Shown here one piece after another: positions 36,641 through 50,430 of a stretch of DNA of 64,000 nt. The stretch comes from Euprymna scolopes (lineage: Eukaryota). Below the pieces are notes generated by a model, which worked only from the letters and a program-made list of their open reading frames with translations, made no database searches and was not told the DNA's origin. How positions within the stretch are numbered: position 1 is the first letter of the stretch; each line of letters begins with the position of its first letter. The stretch lies in NCBI GenBank assembly GCA_053919585.1, contig CM132790.1. One strand, written 5' to 3'. A program made the translations under genes and the position numbers.

Positions 36641-37727
36641 TTAATAAATACTGTTTTTCGACACATCAGCACATGCCGATGAGCCATTATTTCTTCTTTT
36701 TTAAGCTATTTTGCCGAAACCTTACACAGTGAATTATATTGCTTGCCTCTAACATTTAATCATAACCAGAAATTGACAGTTTATATACTTTAAAATTCCA
36801 ATTACGTGTGATTTTAAAGCCTATAAACTGTTTATTCCTGACTATTTGTAAAGTGTATGCGTATGTGTGCATGTGTGTGCGCGTGTGTGTTTGTGTGTGT
36901 GCGCGCGCCCGTGTGTGTTCGGATGTGTGTGCCTGTATGCGTGTGTGGGTATTTTTTTATATTAGATCAACCGCCACAATTTATCTTTAAAATGGCGATT
37001 TCGTGGGTTTTCGACTATGCTGAATACAAATATCTCATTTTAACTGCAACTTTTCCGAAGAAAATTAAATATATATAAATAGATATTCGGTAAACTTACA
37101 ATATATTTACATTTTAAAAAAATTTAATATTTCTCGCCCGTTACTTTGTTTACATATACATGTGTTCCTGCGTGCTTTTGTTCCCGTCAGCATGTGTTAC
37201 CAAAGAAAAACACAACTTTTGCTTTACAAAACATTTATTAGATGTTAATAAACATTACAAACTACAAATTCTTTTTACATAATTAAATATCTATCTAATC
37301 TAAATTTTCAGTATTTTTTTTTAACTTTCTGTCTTACTATTCTTTTCCCGTTACTTTCCGTTTAAATTATATGGGGTGTTCATTGTACGGGTTGGCCGAT
37401 ACTAATGGATGCTTCTTCGTTATTGTAGTGATATCATACAGCCGAAAGGTTGATTATATTTAAAAACACAATTATGCCTATTTTTGGTCTATTTAAGTCT
37501 TGACCCAATACAAGACTGTGCTTCCTCGTAATTGTAAAAATTTGATTTTCATTTAGAAACACCATTATAACAAGTTACAGCTTTTGTCAATTTATGCATT
37601 CCATGATTCAACAAGACAAATGCTTTCATGGCCATTTCTGTTCTGTCACGTGACATTAGCCGTAAATAAATAGCTGAATAATGGCCTATCATCATGTGCT
37701 GATGTGTCGAAAAACAGTATTTATTAA
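36641..37727. mobile_element. Unclassified TIR element (~1.1 kb) with nested HINE-like insert
   Basis: Perfect 35-bp IR ttaataaatactgtttttcgacacatcagcacatg (36641-36675 / 37693-37727), extending imperfectly ~20 bp further. Confidence 0.75.
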
Positions 37728-37939
37728 ATTTATTATTAAATGAGAAATAGCTTAAATATCTATTTCCTACGAAAACTATTCCCTGTAATTATTAACTTGT
37801 ACATTAGCGTTTTGTGTGCATTTTGAATATTTTCGGTACTACGGCAAAAGCAATATCCACTGGCATTGAGAACATGAACATAAGAATCATACATTTTGCC
37901 TGGTTTCTGTTTGTTTTTATCTACAGCAGCGCACGGGTA

Positions 37940-37999
<60 letters not shown>

Positions 38000-38020
38000 A
38001 AAGATAGATACAATATGATC

Positions 38021-38886
38021 TGTCGCATAGGTGGGGTCTTTTTAGAGCTGAGACGGGGTACATCTTGATGAGGGGGAGAAGAGACATTTATACAGTTCTG
38101 TAAATTCTTATAACATATACTTTTAGAGATGAGGATTTATCACAAAAGGGAACAGTCATTACTTATGATAGAGAGGGGGACACATTTTTTAAGATGGAGA
38201 GACACATTACTTAAGGATGGGGTTTATACACAAAGTTCATTATAAAGATGTGGGAGACAACGTTCGTATGAATAATTCACATTACTTTTGGTTGTTGAAG
38301 AATGAAAAACACAAAGACGCAAAATATGATGTTTCTTTTATTACATTCGGCCGGTTGCAATGTTCTAACACTTCGCTCCTAAAGAGGGATCCGTCCGACT
38401 TCACTATCGACCCTGTTTCGATCCGACTCTGACGGTGTCTGTCTGTCCGACCTCTTGACTGTCTCTGTCTCTCCAGCTAGCAACTATATTGAGAATTCGT
38501 TTCCTGCCATGACGTTATACGAATAGCCAAAAACGTGCTCGATCCCATAGTCTGAACATGCGTGATATTCACATGTCTGCAGACAAGAATACTTACTAAC
38601 CTATTTTTTTATCTAAATTATTTTCAATATGTTTTTAATTTTTTATTGTTCGCTTTCCATAAGACCTTATTTTAATTCCGTTTTCATAAAAAGAATTGAA
38701 TAATTAAATTCCTTTCCAAACATCATATCTAAACTATTTTATGTGAAAACTAAACAATGGGTAAATTCCATTTCTGACCCTATTCCTGAACCTTGCTTAC
38801 GAGGTTCGAATCTCGTCTATCCTATTTCATTTTTCTTATTTAATGTCTTTCTTATTTACAAGAAAAGGTGACCTTTTCTTGCAACA
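38021..38886. repeat. Solo-LTR-like repeat (~870 bp)
   Basis: TGTCGCA...TGCAACA; shares ttacgaggttcgaat.tcgtctat.ctatttcatttt and ccatgacgt.atac with 25484-26388. Confidence 0.7.
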
Positions 38887-40125
38887 TCCGTCTTCTTCTC
38901 ATTTTCAAAAACATGTACGCATTTTTAAATTCTAGTACATTTTTCTCTATATCTTCACAACTACTACTCGGCTAAAAAAGAGCGGGCCCCTCCAAAAAAT
39001 ACTCCTTTAGTCAGCCCTTTCCAACTGACTTCACAATCTTATTTATGTATTTATTTATTTTTTTATTAGATCAAACTCCCTCCGATCTTCTTGGCATTTA
39101 CTTTTTGGGTGTAGGGTATTCCTCCCCTGATCCACGTCAGCTGCTTCATCCAGCCACCCTTATACCGGAAACTGAGGTCTTACTTTACTTCTCTCGAAAT
39201 CGACGACTTCTTTCGTCCAAAAGTGTCCTGATCGTATCTTTCGCCTGGTTATCCTACTAATTATGGCTTTTTTTCATTTTGTAACTATCTTATCTTTTTC
39301 GAGACATACCCAAAGCTCATTTACTTACATCTTTGTGGTTGGCTTCCAATTAATAAGATATACCTTTTCATCACACTGATTCACTTGGATTTCCTTGCTT
39401 GGACTCTTGTAACCTGATGAAGATTTAGAAAATATCACCCTTAACTAATTAACACACGTCCCTTCCGCCACAATTCCTATTTGCGCGGTAAATTCTAACT
39501 ATCGCCCGATTTCCGTGATTTTTCTTTTTTTCTCATCAGAGCTTCCAAGATCCAGCAGAGATATCCCGCATTATCTAAAAAAATATTAGGCTATATCTTC
39601 CTACGTACTTATGGTATATTTTACTTTTCTTTCACCTCATTATGCTATATGTGATTTGCCTGTGGTACTGACTCTCATAGTCCTTTTGGTACCCTAAGGA
39701 TTCTTGTATCTTTCACCGCCTGCCTTTAATTTATTGAGCCAAGACTTACTACCGTGTTTGGAGTCGTCACTTGCGACCAGCTTATAAGCACCCAATTTTC
39801 ACAGGATCCATTATTTTTTCGAACGGAGCATTTCTGATACTTACCCGACAAGCTACACATCTTGCGAAAAAAATGTTTATGGACTTTTAAAAAAAATACA
39901 AAAAGCAAATATTAAAAAAGAAAATCTCTCTTTCGGTTTATCATATCTGAAAAAAAAAACTCTCAAAAATACCCGTTTACGTAATTTTCTATTTTGTCCC
40001 TCTCTAAAATTCTAACTTATTTCTAGGCCAACCATCTGTCTCAAATTAAAAAAAAGACATGTTTCTTTAACCCGATGAGCTACGGTATGCTTGCTCTATG
40101 TTAGCTAATAGATGGCCTTGCATGT

Positions 40126-40290
40126 GGCACGGTGGTCTAGGGGGCATGGTACTCACCTCGTATGTAAGTTACTCGGGTTTCGAATCCCGAGTTTGGATAT
40201 GTTCTACTAATCAGCCCAAATGAAGACAAAACTCGCGTCTTGAACTTCCTGTTTGTGTCTTTCATGGCTTGTGTAAGCTGCGACGTTGTT
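40126..40290 (+). mobile_element. tRNA(Pro)-derived SINE-like fragment
   Basis: ggcacggTGGTCTAGGGGgcatggtactcac..cggGTTTCGAATCCcga resembles tRNA-Pro (A and B boxes); the cloverleaf is not intact. Confidence 0.65.
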
Positions 40291-41844
40291 TGATTGGGAA
40301 AATAATTATTGCTGTGGGGTACAAATCACCTCTATTTTAGAACTAAGTGGAATCAACCAATCCTACGAATACCACTGGTTTTATAAAAGCAATATATTAT
40401 ATTGTACAACATCGCATGTATATATATATATATATGTACGTGTACACGCCATATATTACATAATAAATATATATATATACATACTAGATTTTTTAGCCAA
40501 ATTAAACAGGCAAACCCTCTAGAATGTTGACTTATATTTAGTGCTTATATGTACACTTGATGGTTGAATATGGTTACATGTGTGCTTATTTTTGCATTAA
40601 ATCTCTACCTTAACAAATTATATTTAGTTTGTTACACATCATAACACATGTCCATACCAAATATTCCAATATATCTAATGATAATTCTCATCCTCTTCTC
40701 TCATGATGTCACTATGAAGAGATATTTGATAAACATTTTATGCTCGTTAGATATAGAATTTTTATGTGTATACGTGCATGTCATGTTGCTTCTGTGTATT
40801 TGTGTAGCTTTCTATCTGTGTGTATATGCCTATTTTGGTGTGTCAACAAGCGACTTTAGGTGAGAATTTAAGCTTGTGGCTGTGTATGTATGATCGTCGT
40901 ATTATTCCGTGTTTGCAGATGCGTGTCGGTGGATGCGTGTCGATCAGTTTCAATCCTTTCAAGTTTGGCATCTCATCTTTTAAAGAAACACAAAACGAAG
41001 ACAACCAATTGAATTTTGAATGATTATCTCGCGGTGTTCACGAATCATTGACAAAAAGAATTAACAAAGGAATAAAAAGTTAATAAATTCAATTAAACAT
41101 TTAAACAATTTTGCTTTCCATTGAAATGTTTCCGTGTTCGATTGACAACGGGGAAGATTTCTCACCGGTTTGAAACAGGAAAGGGAATCCCAACGAATTC
41201 ATTACTCATTTGATATAAACTTAATAAGTGACACACGTTCTCTCCACGGGTGATGCATTCTCAGATGATTGAATGGAAGGATCCGAGACGACCATCGGAA
41301 AATCACAGCCAAATGTTAAATACGGAATTGTTTATTTGATGAAAGGCCGATTCTTTATTCACAATTATCCAAAACAATGGAAATAAATCGTTTACGTTGT
41401 TGGATTTTTCCGCATAAATTCAGAAATATTTTGAGTTGATAAAACATTATTTAATTGTATGACTTTTTTATTATTATTTATTCGTTTAGATTTTCAAATA
41501 TTTTTTTTTGCGTAATGTGTGATTTTTTTTTCAAATAAAAAAATTAAAATAAAGAAAATCGATGTCGCAATTATTTTACAAAATGTTGTGGACAATGCAA
41601 TTTCCCACGCCAAACTGCCATAAAAAAAATAATGTTAAATATATTATCCTTCGTTAAAAATGTCTCTAAAATGATTTGCGTCTGAAATATGTGTACTCAG
41701 AATGTTGCGACATAAATTTATATAAGGAGTCTTCACGATTAATAAAAAAAGAAGCCTAAAAGTAATGCATTGTGATTAATAGAAATGGAAACTGCGATAG
41801 AAATTAAGATAGAAAATTGCTAAGATGGAGAAAAATGCAGAGAC

Positions 41845-41980
41845 ATGCGGGTGTTCCATAAGTAATGGCTCCTATTTTTATTTCGCCAAAATGCATCAGA
41901 GAGGATTGTAAATTGCATTGCTATGACGACTGGACTTATGCATTCATTGTCCAGAATTTTGTGACATAAATTGCAAACAT
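41845..41980 (-). mobile_element. Partial copy of the 9532-9865 MITE
   Basis: Reverse complement aligns to 9730-9865. Confidence 0.7.
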
Positions 41981-42004
41981 TTTTATGCATATTTTTTTTA
42001 ATTA

Positions 42005-45000
42005 CATTTTTACCCAAACACGTCACATCGCCACTTTGATGTAAGGGGCTACTATCAGGAACATAAGCTACAGGTGTACTATGTAGGGAGTTGGGCAGCA
42101 AGATGTCGCTTCACGTTACACTTGAACTTCTGCATGTCAGTGCAGTTGGGGAAGCAGGGTCCCGCAAGGGAATTCCAATATCTAGCGGTTCTGGGGAATA
42201 AACTACTGGAGTAGAATGCTCTCTTAAATCTAGGGATCTCTACTGTGAAAGGGTGGGATTTAGCTGCTTGTCAGGTCTGTCGGAGGTATTTACGTCGAGG
42301 AGGTACAAGTGCTTGCAGTTTGTCAGAGCATTCACCGTTAACATACTTGTAGAACAGGCAGAGGAATGCAACATTTCGTCCATGGGACAGAGGCTGAAGC
42401 TTAGATGACAGTTCAGAACCTATTAGGTTGGGGACTCTCTTTTGAACATTGTCTAGGAGCGATAGACTAGTAGCAAATGCACCAGCCCAAATATGACAAC
42501 AATACTCCATACATGGGCGAATGGTGGCCTTATAGAGGTACAGGATACTTTCGGGCGTTAGTAGCTTTCTAGCACGGTAGAGATAACCTGCCTTCTTCGC
42601 AGCGATCCTGCCAATACTCTAAATGTAATTGTTCCAACTCATGTTTCCTGTGAACGTTAGGCCGAGGAGTTTAAAAGAAGTACTTTCAGATAGTCTTTGG
42701 TCATTGCTATTGGTGATAGAGAAGGTTTCTTGTAATTATTGAAGGAAACAATTTAGTCTTGCCAACATTGAATGTGACCATCCATTTTTGTCCCCATTCC
42801 ATTACAGAACAGAGGTCATCCTCTAGTGTTCCTGCCATTGCCTTAGATATGTGTTCATTTGTTTTCCTGTCGTGTCTGTTATAGAGCGTACTGTCATCAG
42901 CATATATACCCATCTCACAAACAATTTTGTCAGGGAGGTCATTTATGAATATTAAGAATAATAGAGATCCAAGGAGGCACTCCCGCATTTATATCATATT
43001 GTTTAGATGTACGACCGTCGAGGACAACCTAGATTTTTCTCTCATCTAAGAAGAATTTAATTATGTTAAGTATTTTTCAAGTGATACCGTATGATCTGAT
43101 TTTCCTGAGAAGATCTTCATGCTACACCCTGTCAAAAGCCTTAGATATATCTAGAGCTACCGCTCTACCCTCCCCTGCTTTGTCCAGTGAATGGTATATA
43201 TGTTCAGAGATTACAGTTAGGATGTCTACTGTGGAACGGGCCTGCTTAAGTCCATATTGTTGGTCAGTCAGAAGTTTAGCATCTCTAAGGTGATAGAGTA
43301 GAGATTGGTTAATTATGGACTCAAATATTTTGGCAAAACGTGGGAGGAGGCTAATAGGGTGATAATTTACTGGGTCAGTTCTTTCGCCAGACTTCTTGAA
43401 AACTGGTACCACATAAGCAGTTTTTAAGCAGGCAGAAAAGCAAGATTCATTAAGGCATTTGTTGTCAAGTTTGGAGAGAATTGGAGCTACTTCGGCGGAG
43501 CATTTTTTTAATAGCACAGCCGGGATGAGATCAGGTCCACATGCTTTTGAAGTGTAAGAGATTTATTATAATAGCATGCACCTGAAATGATTTTCGTCTA
43601 GTTTAGCGTCTGTCCGCAAAGGAAAGTCATGGAGGGGGTGGTTGGAAGGGTCCAGTGTGGAGTTGGAGGCAAACCGACTGGCAAACATGTTAGCCTTCTC
43701 AGTTGCTGAGCAAACAACCTCATGAGTGGGGGGAATAGTTGATTGCCCATTATTTACTACACTGCTGTAGATTTTCCAGAAGTTACGGGTTCCTAATTTC
43801 AGTGCTTCCGTGCGTTTTTTGGTGGTTTCAGTAAATTCTCTATAAGCTGTCTCTATTTCTTTCTTACAGTTACTTCTGGATTCTATATACTTCTGTCTGT
43901 TTGAACTGGACTTATGTCAGTTAAATCTGCGGTATGCATTCTGCCTTTGCGCAATGGCAGCTGTACAAGTAGAAGAGGAGAGTGGGGCTCGCTATAAAAT
44001 TTCCGCGCAGGAATATGTGCTTCAATTGCCGTTTTAAACCATTCAGTGGTCTCATTGGCGCACTATTTAGCAGGAAGTGAAAAGATACTTCGCCATGGGG
44101 CGTCTCTGATGATATCCCTGTCAGCCTTTTTTATAATATCTCGTTGTTTTGAGCAATGTCTGTTCGGTTTGGACTCTAGAGTTTAGGGCGGTTTCAATCA
44201 TTATCACTGCATGATCCGCGTTCCGGGGTGGGCTGTGGATATTTGTAACACAATCATCGGGAATTGTGGTCAGAAACAGATCTAGAAGTGAAACTTGCTG
44301 GTCTGGGAAACGGGTTCAAAACGTTACCATTTTTGATAGGGAATGAAATATAGAGAAGCTATGTGTTGTGCTACCAGCTGCGTCTGTGTAAATAGAAAAT
44401 CCAAGCCAGTTGCTGTGATGGACATTGAAGTCACCAAATACATGCACTTGTGCGCTAGTGTCGAGGGATAGTGTTGTATCTATGCTGTCAGGGATTTTGT
44501 TTATTAGGGTCCAGTCCTGGGTCGAGAGGGAAAGCGGTAGAGAAAATAAAAGTAACTAATGTTATGTTGCATGTTAAGTCTAAAACATATAAAGACTTGA
44601 TCGTCCGATTCTAGTTTTGTTTCTCTAGTAAAGGGGAGGGTGTTATGAATATAGCTTCCAAGCCCATGCATATGTCTGGCAGAATCATTACGGCAGAGTA
44701 GGAGATATCCGGGCCTGTTAAAGTAGTTAGGGGGATAGAGGAGTGTAGGTTAGTTTCACTTAGTGCTAAGATATCCGGGGTGTTTGTTAGGCTTCAATAG
44801 CATTTAAATTAGTTCTAAGCCCACGGATGTTCGTAAATGCAAGCCTCAAGGGAGGAGGCAAATTGGTTTTCTTTGAGTTTTCGCCTGGTTTAAGCGTAAT
44901 TTTTTATTGTACTGTAATTTTTTAAGAGTTTCAGTTTAGGTAAGGGGGGCTGAACAAGTGGTTATGCAGAATACCAGACATGCAATACAAGTAGACCATC

Positions 45001-45690
45001 AGTTGACCTTCCATCTACTAGGATTGTGGCCTCAGGAAAGCTCACCGGGGATGAGTGAAGGGTTCTTTTCCATGCGCGACATGGCAGTACAAACATCTCG
45101 ATATTATTCAACTGTTGAAGCAGCCGCTCTAAGCGCTACCAAAGAGTTAGGGTCCCTGTACTACCAGTCGGGAACAGCAGCCAGGAACTGTCAACCCGGT
45201 ACCTTCAACCCATCAGACGATGGTCAACCCCATGTACTTGAACTGGCATTACGGCATTCACGCACTTCCAAGTGCCCAGTTTAAAGGGATGGGATGTGTT
45301 TGGAGTGGGGAAAACCGCTTTCTTTGCCCTAGTCAGGAAACAAGATCGATTACTGAGAGTTTATGTCGAAGTTTTATGATTCCACCTCTACGCCTGGCAA
45401 ATAGATAAAGAAGAAGTATGGAAACCGGGCAATAGACAGTGCCTATCTACTCCTTAAGCAGTTTAGGTTTGCAGACCGGCAATTTTTTTGAGTCACCAGC
45501 TCTAGGAAGGTTGTCATCCAAGACTGAAGAGGCCTCCCTCCCCTCAGGTTTAGTTTCAGAGTTTTCTTTCTCCTAGACGGATGACCTGGGAAGATCTACG
45601 GGTCCATCAACACCGAGAGTGTTTGCCCCGCGCCTGGGTCTTAATCCAGGTATTTCTGGATTAGGGCCTCGCGAGGATAGTTAATGTTAC
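42005..45690 (-). mobile_element. Near full-length CR1-group LINE (family B), APE+RT, decayed, long 5' leader, no ORF1 seen
   Basis: LRLAFTNIRGL, GDFNVH, KACGPDLIP, PVFKKSG, ALDISKAFDRV, FINDLP..YADD, MEYCCHIWAGA; non-coding leader ~44900-45690. Confidence 0.95.
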
Positions 45691-47499
45691 TGGGTTAGTT
45701 TGTAAAGGTTATATATCTGCTGAAAAATAATACGACTCAAAGTGATTAAGGGACATTGCTATTGGAGTGAGCAAGAGTTCATGCAGGAGAAGCAGCTACA
45801 TTTATGGCTTAGGAATAGGATTACGCGTTACAGAATGCTTTATATTAAGAAAACTAAAAATTGTGTTGCCCAAGCTCTGGATATTTCAGATGACAGGAGG
45901 GTTAAGATGTATCTTCAATGTAGATACAAGTAACGACATTTATGATATGAAGTACAATACCGTACAGGTGTAATTGGAAGTAAATTATAAGCTATGGCGT
46001 ATTCAGTATGTATAATAAAGTAAATAGATATATGGGCAGATTTCCAGTAGATGCGAATATATAGAAGATAGGTATTAAGTATGTTTCCTCTTCTAATGAA
46101 AATATCTTCAGCTTTCGTTTAAAAATCGGGGAGTTGTATTTTGCATTACACAGTATTAGTTCAGTTTTTGTATTTAACATTGCAAAGCGACAGCTATTGC
46201 TATATAAGGTAGATAGCCGTAAATCTAAGTACAGACTGTAGCTAGTAAGTATCTACCTGGATAAGGATAAGCTAATGCATGCCATAGAAGTAGAAATGTA
46301 TAGATGCTTAGTGATAATGACTTCCAATCAGTCAGCATGCGAAGGTTAAGGGCTGAAAGCTAAGGATTCTCCAAGGCGTGAGTAATGTACGAGTGTTAGT
46401 GACAGCTTGGAGAGTAGAACTGATTGTTGGTTTTCAGGAGAGGATTAAGCTGACAGAATACAGTAGAATTAAGTGTTCAAATTTAGAGTGTAAAGTAAAG
46501 TTTAGTTAAAGAGAAAGAAAACATTTTTTAACATGCAAATCAGACAGAGGCAGTCGTCTTGGAGGAAAAGTGTACATTGAATATACATAGCAAGCCAGCA
46601 GGGTTGTTTGTACCGTAATGAGAGAAACTTAGTACATGGCGTGTCATATTTCATAGTTAAAGACAGTCAATTAGGTAAGGCTCTAAACATTGTGTATCTA
46701 TTCAGAAATAGTCCTAGTGGTGTAGCTAAGGACACTGAATTTCAGTTACAGAAATAATTGAAAATAAGACAGACTATATTCAGTGGTTTGGTATAGCTAG
46801 CAAAAACGCCACATTTTCAATACAAACGAGCTAGTAATTGTAGATATTAAGTATATTGCTTAAATAAAGTCCTATCTTCTTCTAATGTATGGGGGGGGGA
46901 ATCCCGGCTTGTGGTAGATTCTGAAATTCATTTTGCCAGGCGTTTTCATCGCTAGTTTACTTGGAGTATAGCAGGGGTGCAGCTGTTTTACTCTTACGAG
47001 GGGGGTGGGGGGTAACGAACTTAAGACTAGATGAAGTTTGCAAAAACAAGAAAAATAAGAAATAATAAATAAATATAAATACATAAAACAAAGAGAAAAA
47101 CAAGAGAAAAACAAAATTTAGCGAGGTAGCATGTATACTTTTCAGGAATTAAGATGAATTTTAAAAATTAGTACTTATCGTTCGTTTTAGTCACTGTTTC
47201 TGCGTCCGTTTTGCTTGGCCGAATGAGAATTTGACCTTCAAGATTTAACGGTGAATGCGAAGAAAAAATGTTTCATTATAAAAAGAAAGGAAAACTGCCA
47301 TTTTTATTTCCTAACCGTTGGGTAGGGATGTCGATGTTATCATAAAAGAAAATAAGACGCAGAAGCACGAAATGATGTAGTATGATAATAACAAATACAA
47401 GGTCAGATAAGTAAATAATACGTATAGATAAATAGATGCGTACAGTTCTGAATATATAGAACGATATATAGATATAAACAATAGATAAAGGCACCTATA

Positions 47500-47948
47500 T
47501 ATCTAATATATAAATGGCTATATGTCTGTCTATGTGTCTCCATATTTTCAAACTCTATCTCTTCCGAAACTAAAAGTCGCAGATCGGCGCTAGGGGCCTG
47601 AAATGATTGGATTTTTTATGAGCCGTCATTTTATGGTCTTTAGCCGGTTAAAATAGTTTTTAAGCTGTTAAATGGGGGTTAAATTTTAAAATATTGTTGT
47701 ACATTTTGTACATTAATTTTAGTTTATTTTTAATTAGGTCCTATGCATGTCACGTTGGTATAGTGATAACGTCACCAGCTTAGAATGCTGCAGTTTTCCT
47801 TTCGGTTTTGATTCTAACTGATGGCACCCAAATACCTTTTTTTATTATTTTTTGAAACCACGACTCGATAATAAGAAATACGAAATCTGGGAAGCTAAAA
47901 TATAATATTTAAGCGTATTATATGACAGGACAAAGCCGGCGCCCCCCC

Positions 47949-47950
<2 letters not shown>
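47500..47950 (-). mobile_element. Helentron-like non-autonomous element with tRNA-like insert
   Basis: Minus start agccgggggg.cgccggctttgtcctg, end ..acatagacagacatatagccatttatatattagat; tRNA-like A/B boxes at ~47750-47830. Confidence 0.55.
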
Positions 47951-48014
<64 letters not shown>

Positions 48015-48022
<8 letters not shown>

Positions 48023-48218
48023 AATATGAAAACTAGTGGCTATACGTATGCAAATATGCTTCAGTGACCACCTTGCTAGGGAAAAATCACATCATCAGGC
48101 CAAGAATATCTCACGCTCAGGGAGATATGCTTGGCCTGATGATGTGATTTTCCCTAGCAGAGTGGTCACTGAAACATATTTGCATATGTGTAGCCACTGG
48201 TTTTCATATTCAACATAT
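48015..48218. repeat. ~98-bp-arm fold-back with hammerhead-like core in each arm
   Basis: Near-perfect IR with a 9-nt loop (48113-48121); CTGATGA 48136-42 ... gtgat/gtcac ... GAAAC 48171-75. Confidence 0.85.
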
Positions 48219-48307
48219 TCATATTTCTCTGTCTAAACATTGATCACTCTTTGGTAGACATATTGTGTTTTTTTTTTGTTTTTGTTTAAATAACTAAACA
48301 ATACTAC

Positions 48308-48352
<45 letters not shown>

Positions 48353-48670
48353 CGAAGTTTTGTTGAAAATTCAAAGACTCGCGTTTTCTTTTTTATAACC
48401 TTCTTTTATTTCCTGGATTTTTCCATTACAGCTGTTTAATTAATGAGTAGAAATTTTACGATTTGTTTCCGTAAAAATATCCTGTCCGCACCAACTTCTT
48501 CAGATGTTTATCCAATAGATTTTTACAACAAATGGTATATTTTTAACATGCTGGACATCGTATTCGGGTAAAAAGATTTACACAGCCATGCTTCCTCACT
48601 TCCTCCATCTTTTTAAACGAAAACGGTATACATTGAAAGTAACGACATTTCAAAAACAAACTTTTAAAAA

Positions 48671-48714
<44 letters not shown>

Positions 48715-48716
<2 letters not shown>

Positions 48717-50051
48717 TAGCAGGTCGCACGGCATTGCCCGATCGTAAAATACGCTTAAATATGATATTTTGATTAATGCAGATTTTGTATTAATTATGAT
48801 ATTATAGTGGCTCCAATAAATGCAAATGATTTAAAAGGTTAAAACAATATGACTCATGCACCACCACCGAGAATCGAAACTAAAACGTTTAGCTTACGAT
48901 TTATGTTTTCTTTGACATTAATGCTTGAGCTACGAAGGCAAGTTTGCTGCAAGGCTAAAAATTAAACCATGTACCAATAGCTATTCCGTTTTGCATGCAT
49001 ATTCGTAATGTCGTCGTTCGACCTACACCTGGCAAATTCCATTTTTTTTTAATTTTCACATTTTTGCACCGATTTTCCCCGGCTAAAACCCAAATATAAA
49101 ACTTCGTATGGGTCCAAACACCCTATATACTAAGTTTCATGTCTGTAGGCCAAAAACTTACAGAAGAGTTTGGTGCGCAACATTTTTTAAATTAATATAT
49201 TATTTTAAACTATATGTTATCTATATATTGTAAATATATATATAAAAAGACGCTTGTGTTTACTATAACCTTTTTACGCAAATATTTCGCAAGTATAAAT
49301 CATGTAGAATATCTGCATGAATATAATTACACGTAATAGTTTACTAAAGATAATGATCCCATACGAAAACCGAAAAAACTAATATGGAATTAATTAAAAA
49401 TGAATGTTTAAAAGAATATACAAATTAGCTAGAGTTTTTGCAAATGAATGGAATTCCACGACCCACATATAATACAATTGTATTTTATCTTTAAATAACT
49501 AGAAGAAAGAGTTTTAATATGAATATCAATACATCAATACACAAAAAAATTATATATATATATATATATATGAGGAGGCCGCCCGCCGTTGCCCTGTCGC
49601 AAAATATGCATAAATATTATATTTCAGTTCATACAGAGTTTTTACCTATTATTATAGAACCAATTCTCTATTAATTATTATCACATATATATTATGATTT
49701 CAAAAGTTAGAAAACAAATGTGACTTGGGTATCATCTGGTAAAACTGAAACCAGAACGCTTATCCCTCCAGCATCGTTATCGTCTGAGCTACGGACAGGA
49801 GATGTGAAAGGTTTAAATTAGCGACTTTGAGTAAGAAAAATAGCAGGTGTAACGTTTTATTCGACTTACCCTGCCATGGTCAACTGTTTTGTTTTCAATT
49901 TTTGAAAAATTAGCAGCAATGCTAAAAAACATCGAAAATGTGTTATAGGTCCAAATACCCTAACCCTATATATATCAAGTTTCAACTTTGTAGACCAAAT
50001 ATTCAGAGAGGAGTTTGGTAGAGACTTTTCACACACAAAGAAAAGTTCATT

Positions 50052-50082
<31 letters not shown>

Positions 50083-50430
50083 ATATATATGTATATATAT
50101 ATATATATATAATTATTTCCGAGTTCTAGAACGTCTTCATCTTAAATTCTACGCAATTATGCAGAATGTAGAAACTATTCATAAAAAGAATTCAGCATAA
50201 TAGTGAAAGAGAACTAATCATCTAATAGAAAAACCATAAAAAATATTAAGTAATTATTAACTCTCGTTTTTCAAAGGAATATGCAAATTAGTTAAGCTTC
50301 AGGAAATAGTTCGCATATCCATGACTGAGTATATTAAGAAGTCTGTTTTAATAATTTCTAAATAGAAAGTAGGCTTTGAATATCTATGTCAGAGCGAGAC
50401 AAAAACTCAACTTTATATGTATACTAGATG
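48715..50430 (+). mobile_element. Two tandem Helentron-like (HINE) copies with antisense tRNA-like inserts
   Basis: Starts ctagcaggtcgcacggcattgcccg (48716) and ggccgcccgccgttgccctg (49577); both have ggtccaaa.accc..tatata..aagtttca..tgtag.ccaaa; tRNA-like pieces at ~48860-48938 and ~49728-49797. Confidence 0.65.

Noticed and set aside
38900-39900. Possible decayed gag/ORF1 on the minus strand
   Set aside because: Purine skew is suggestive, but no clear zinc knuckle could be recovered.
46200-46900. Possible very old APE remnant (ISVTE, LAMYI) or an ORF1 of the family B LINE
   Set aside because: Only isolated 4-5 aa matches among many stops.
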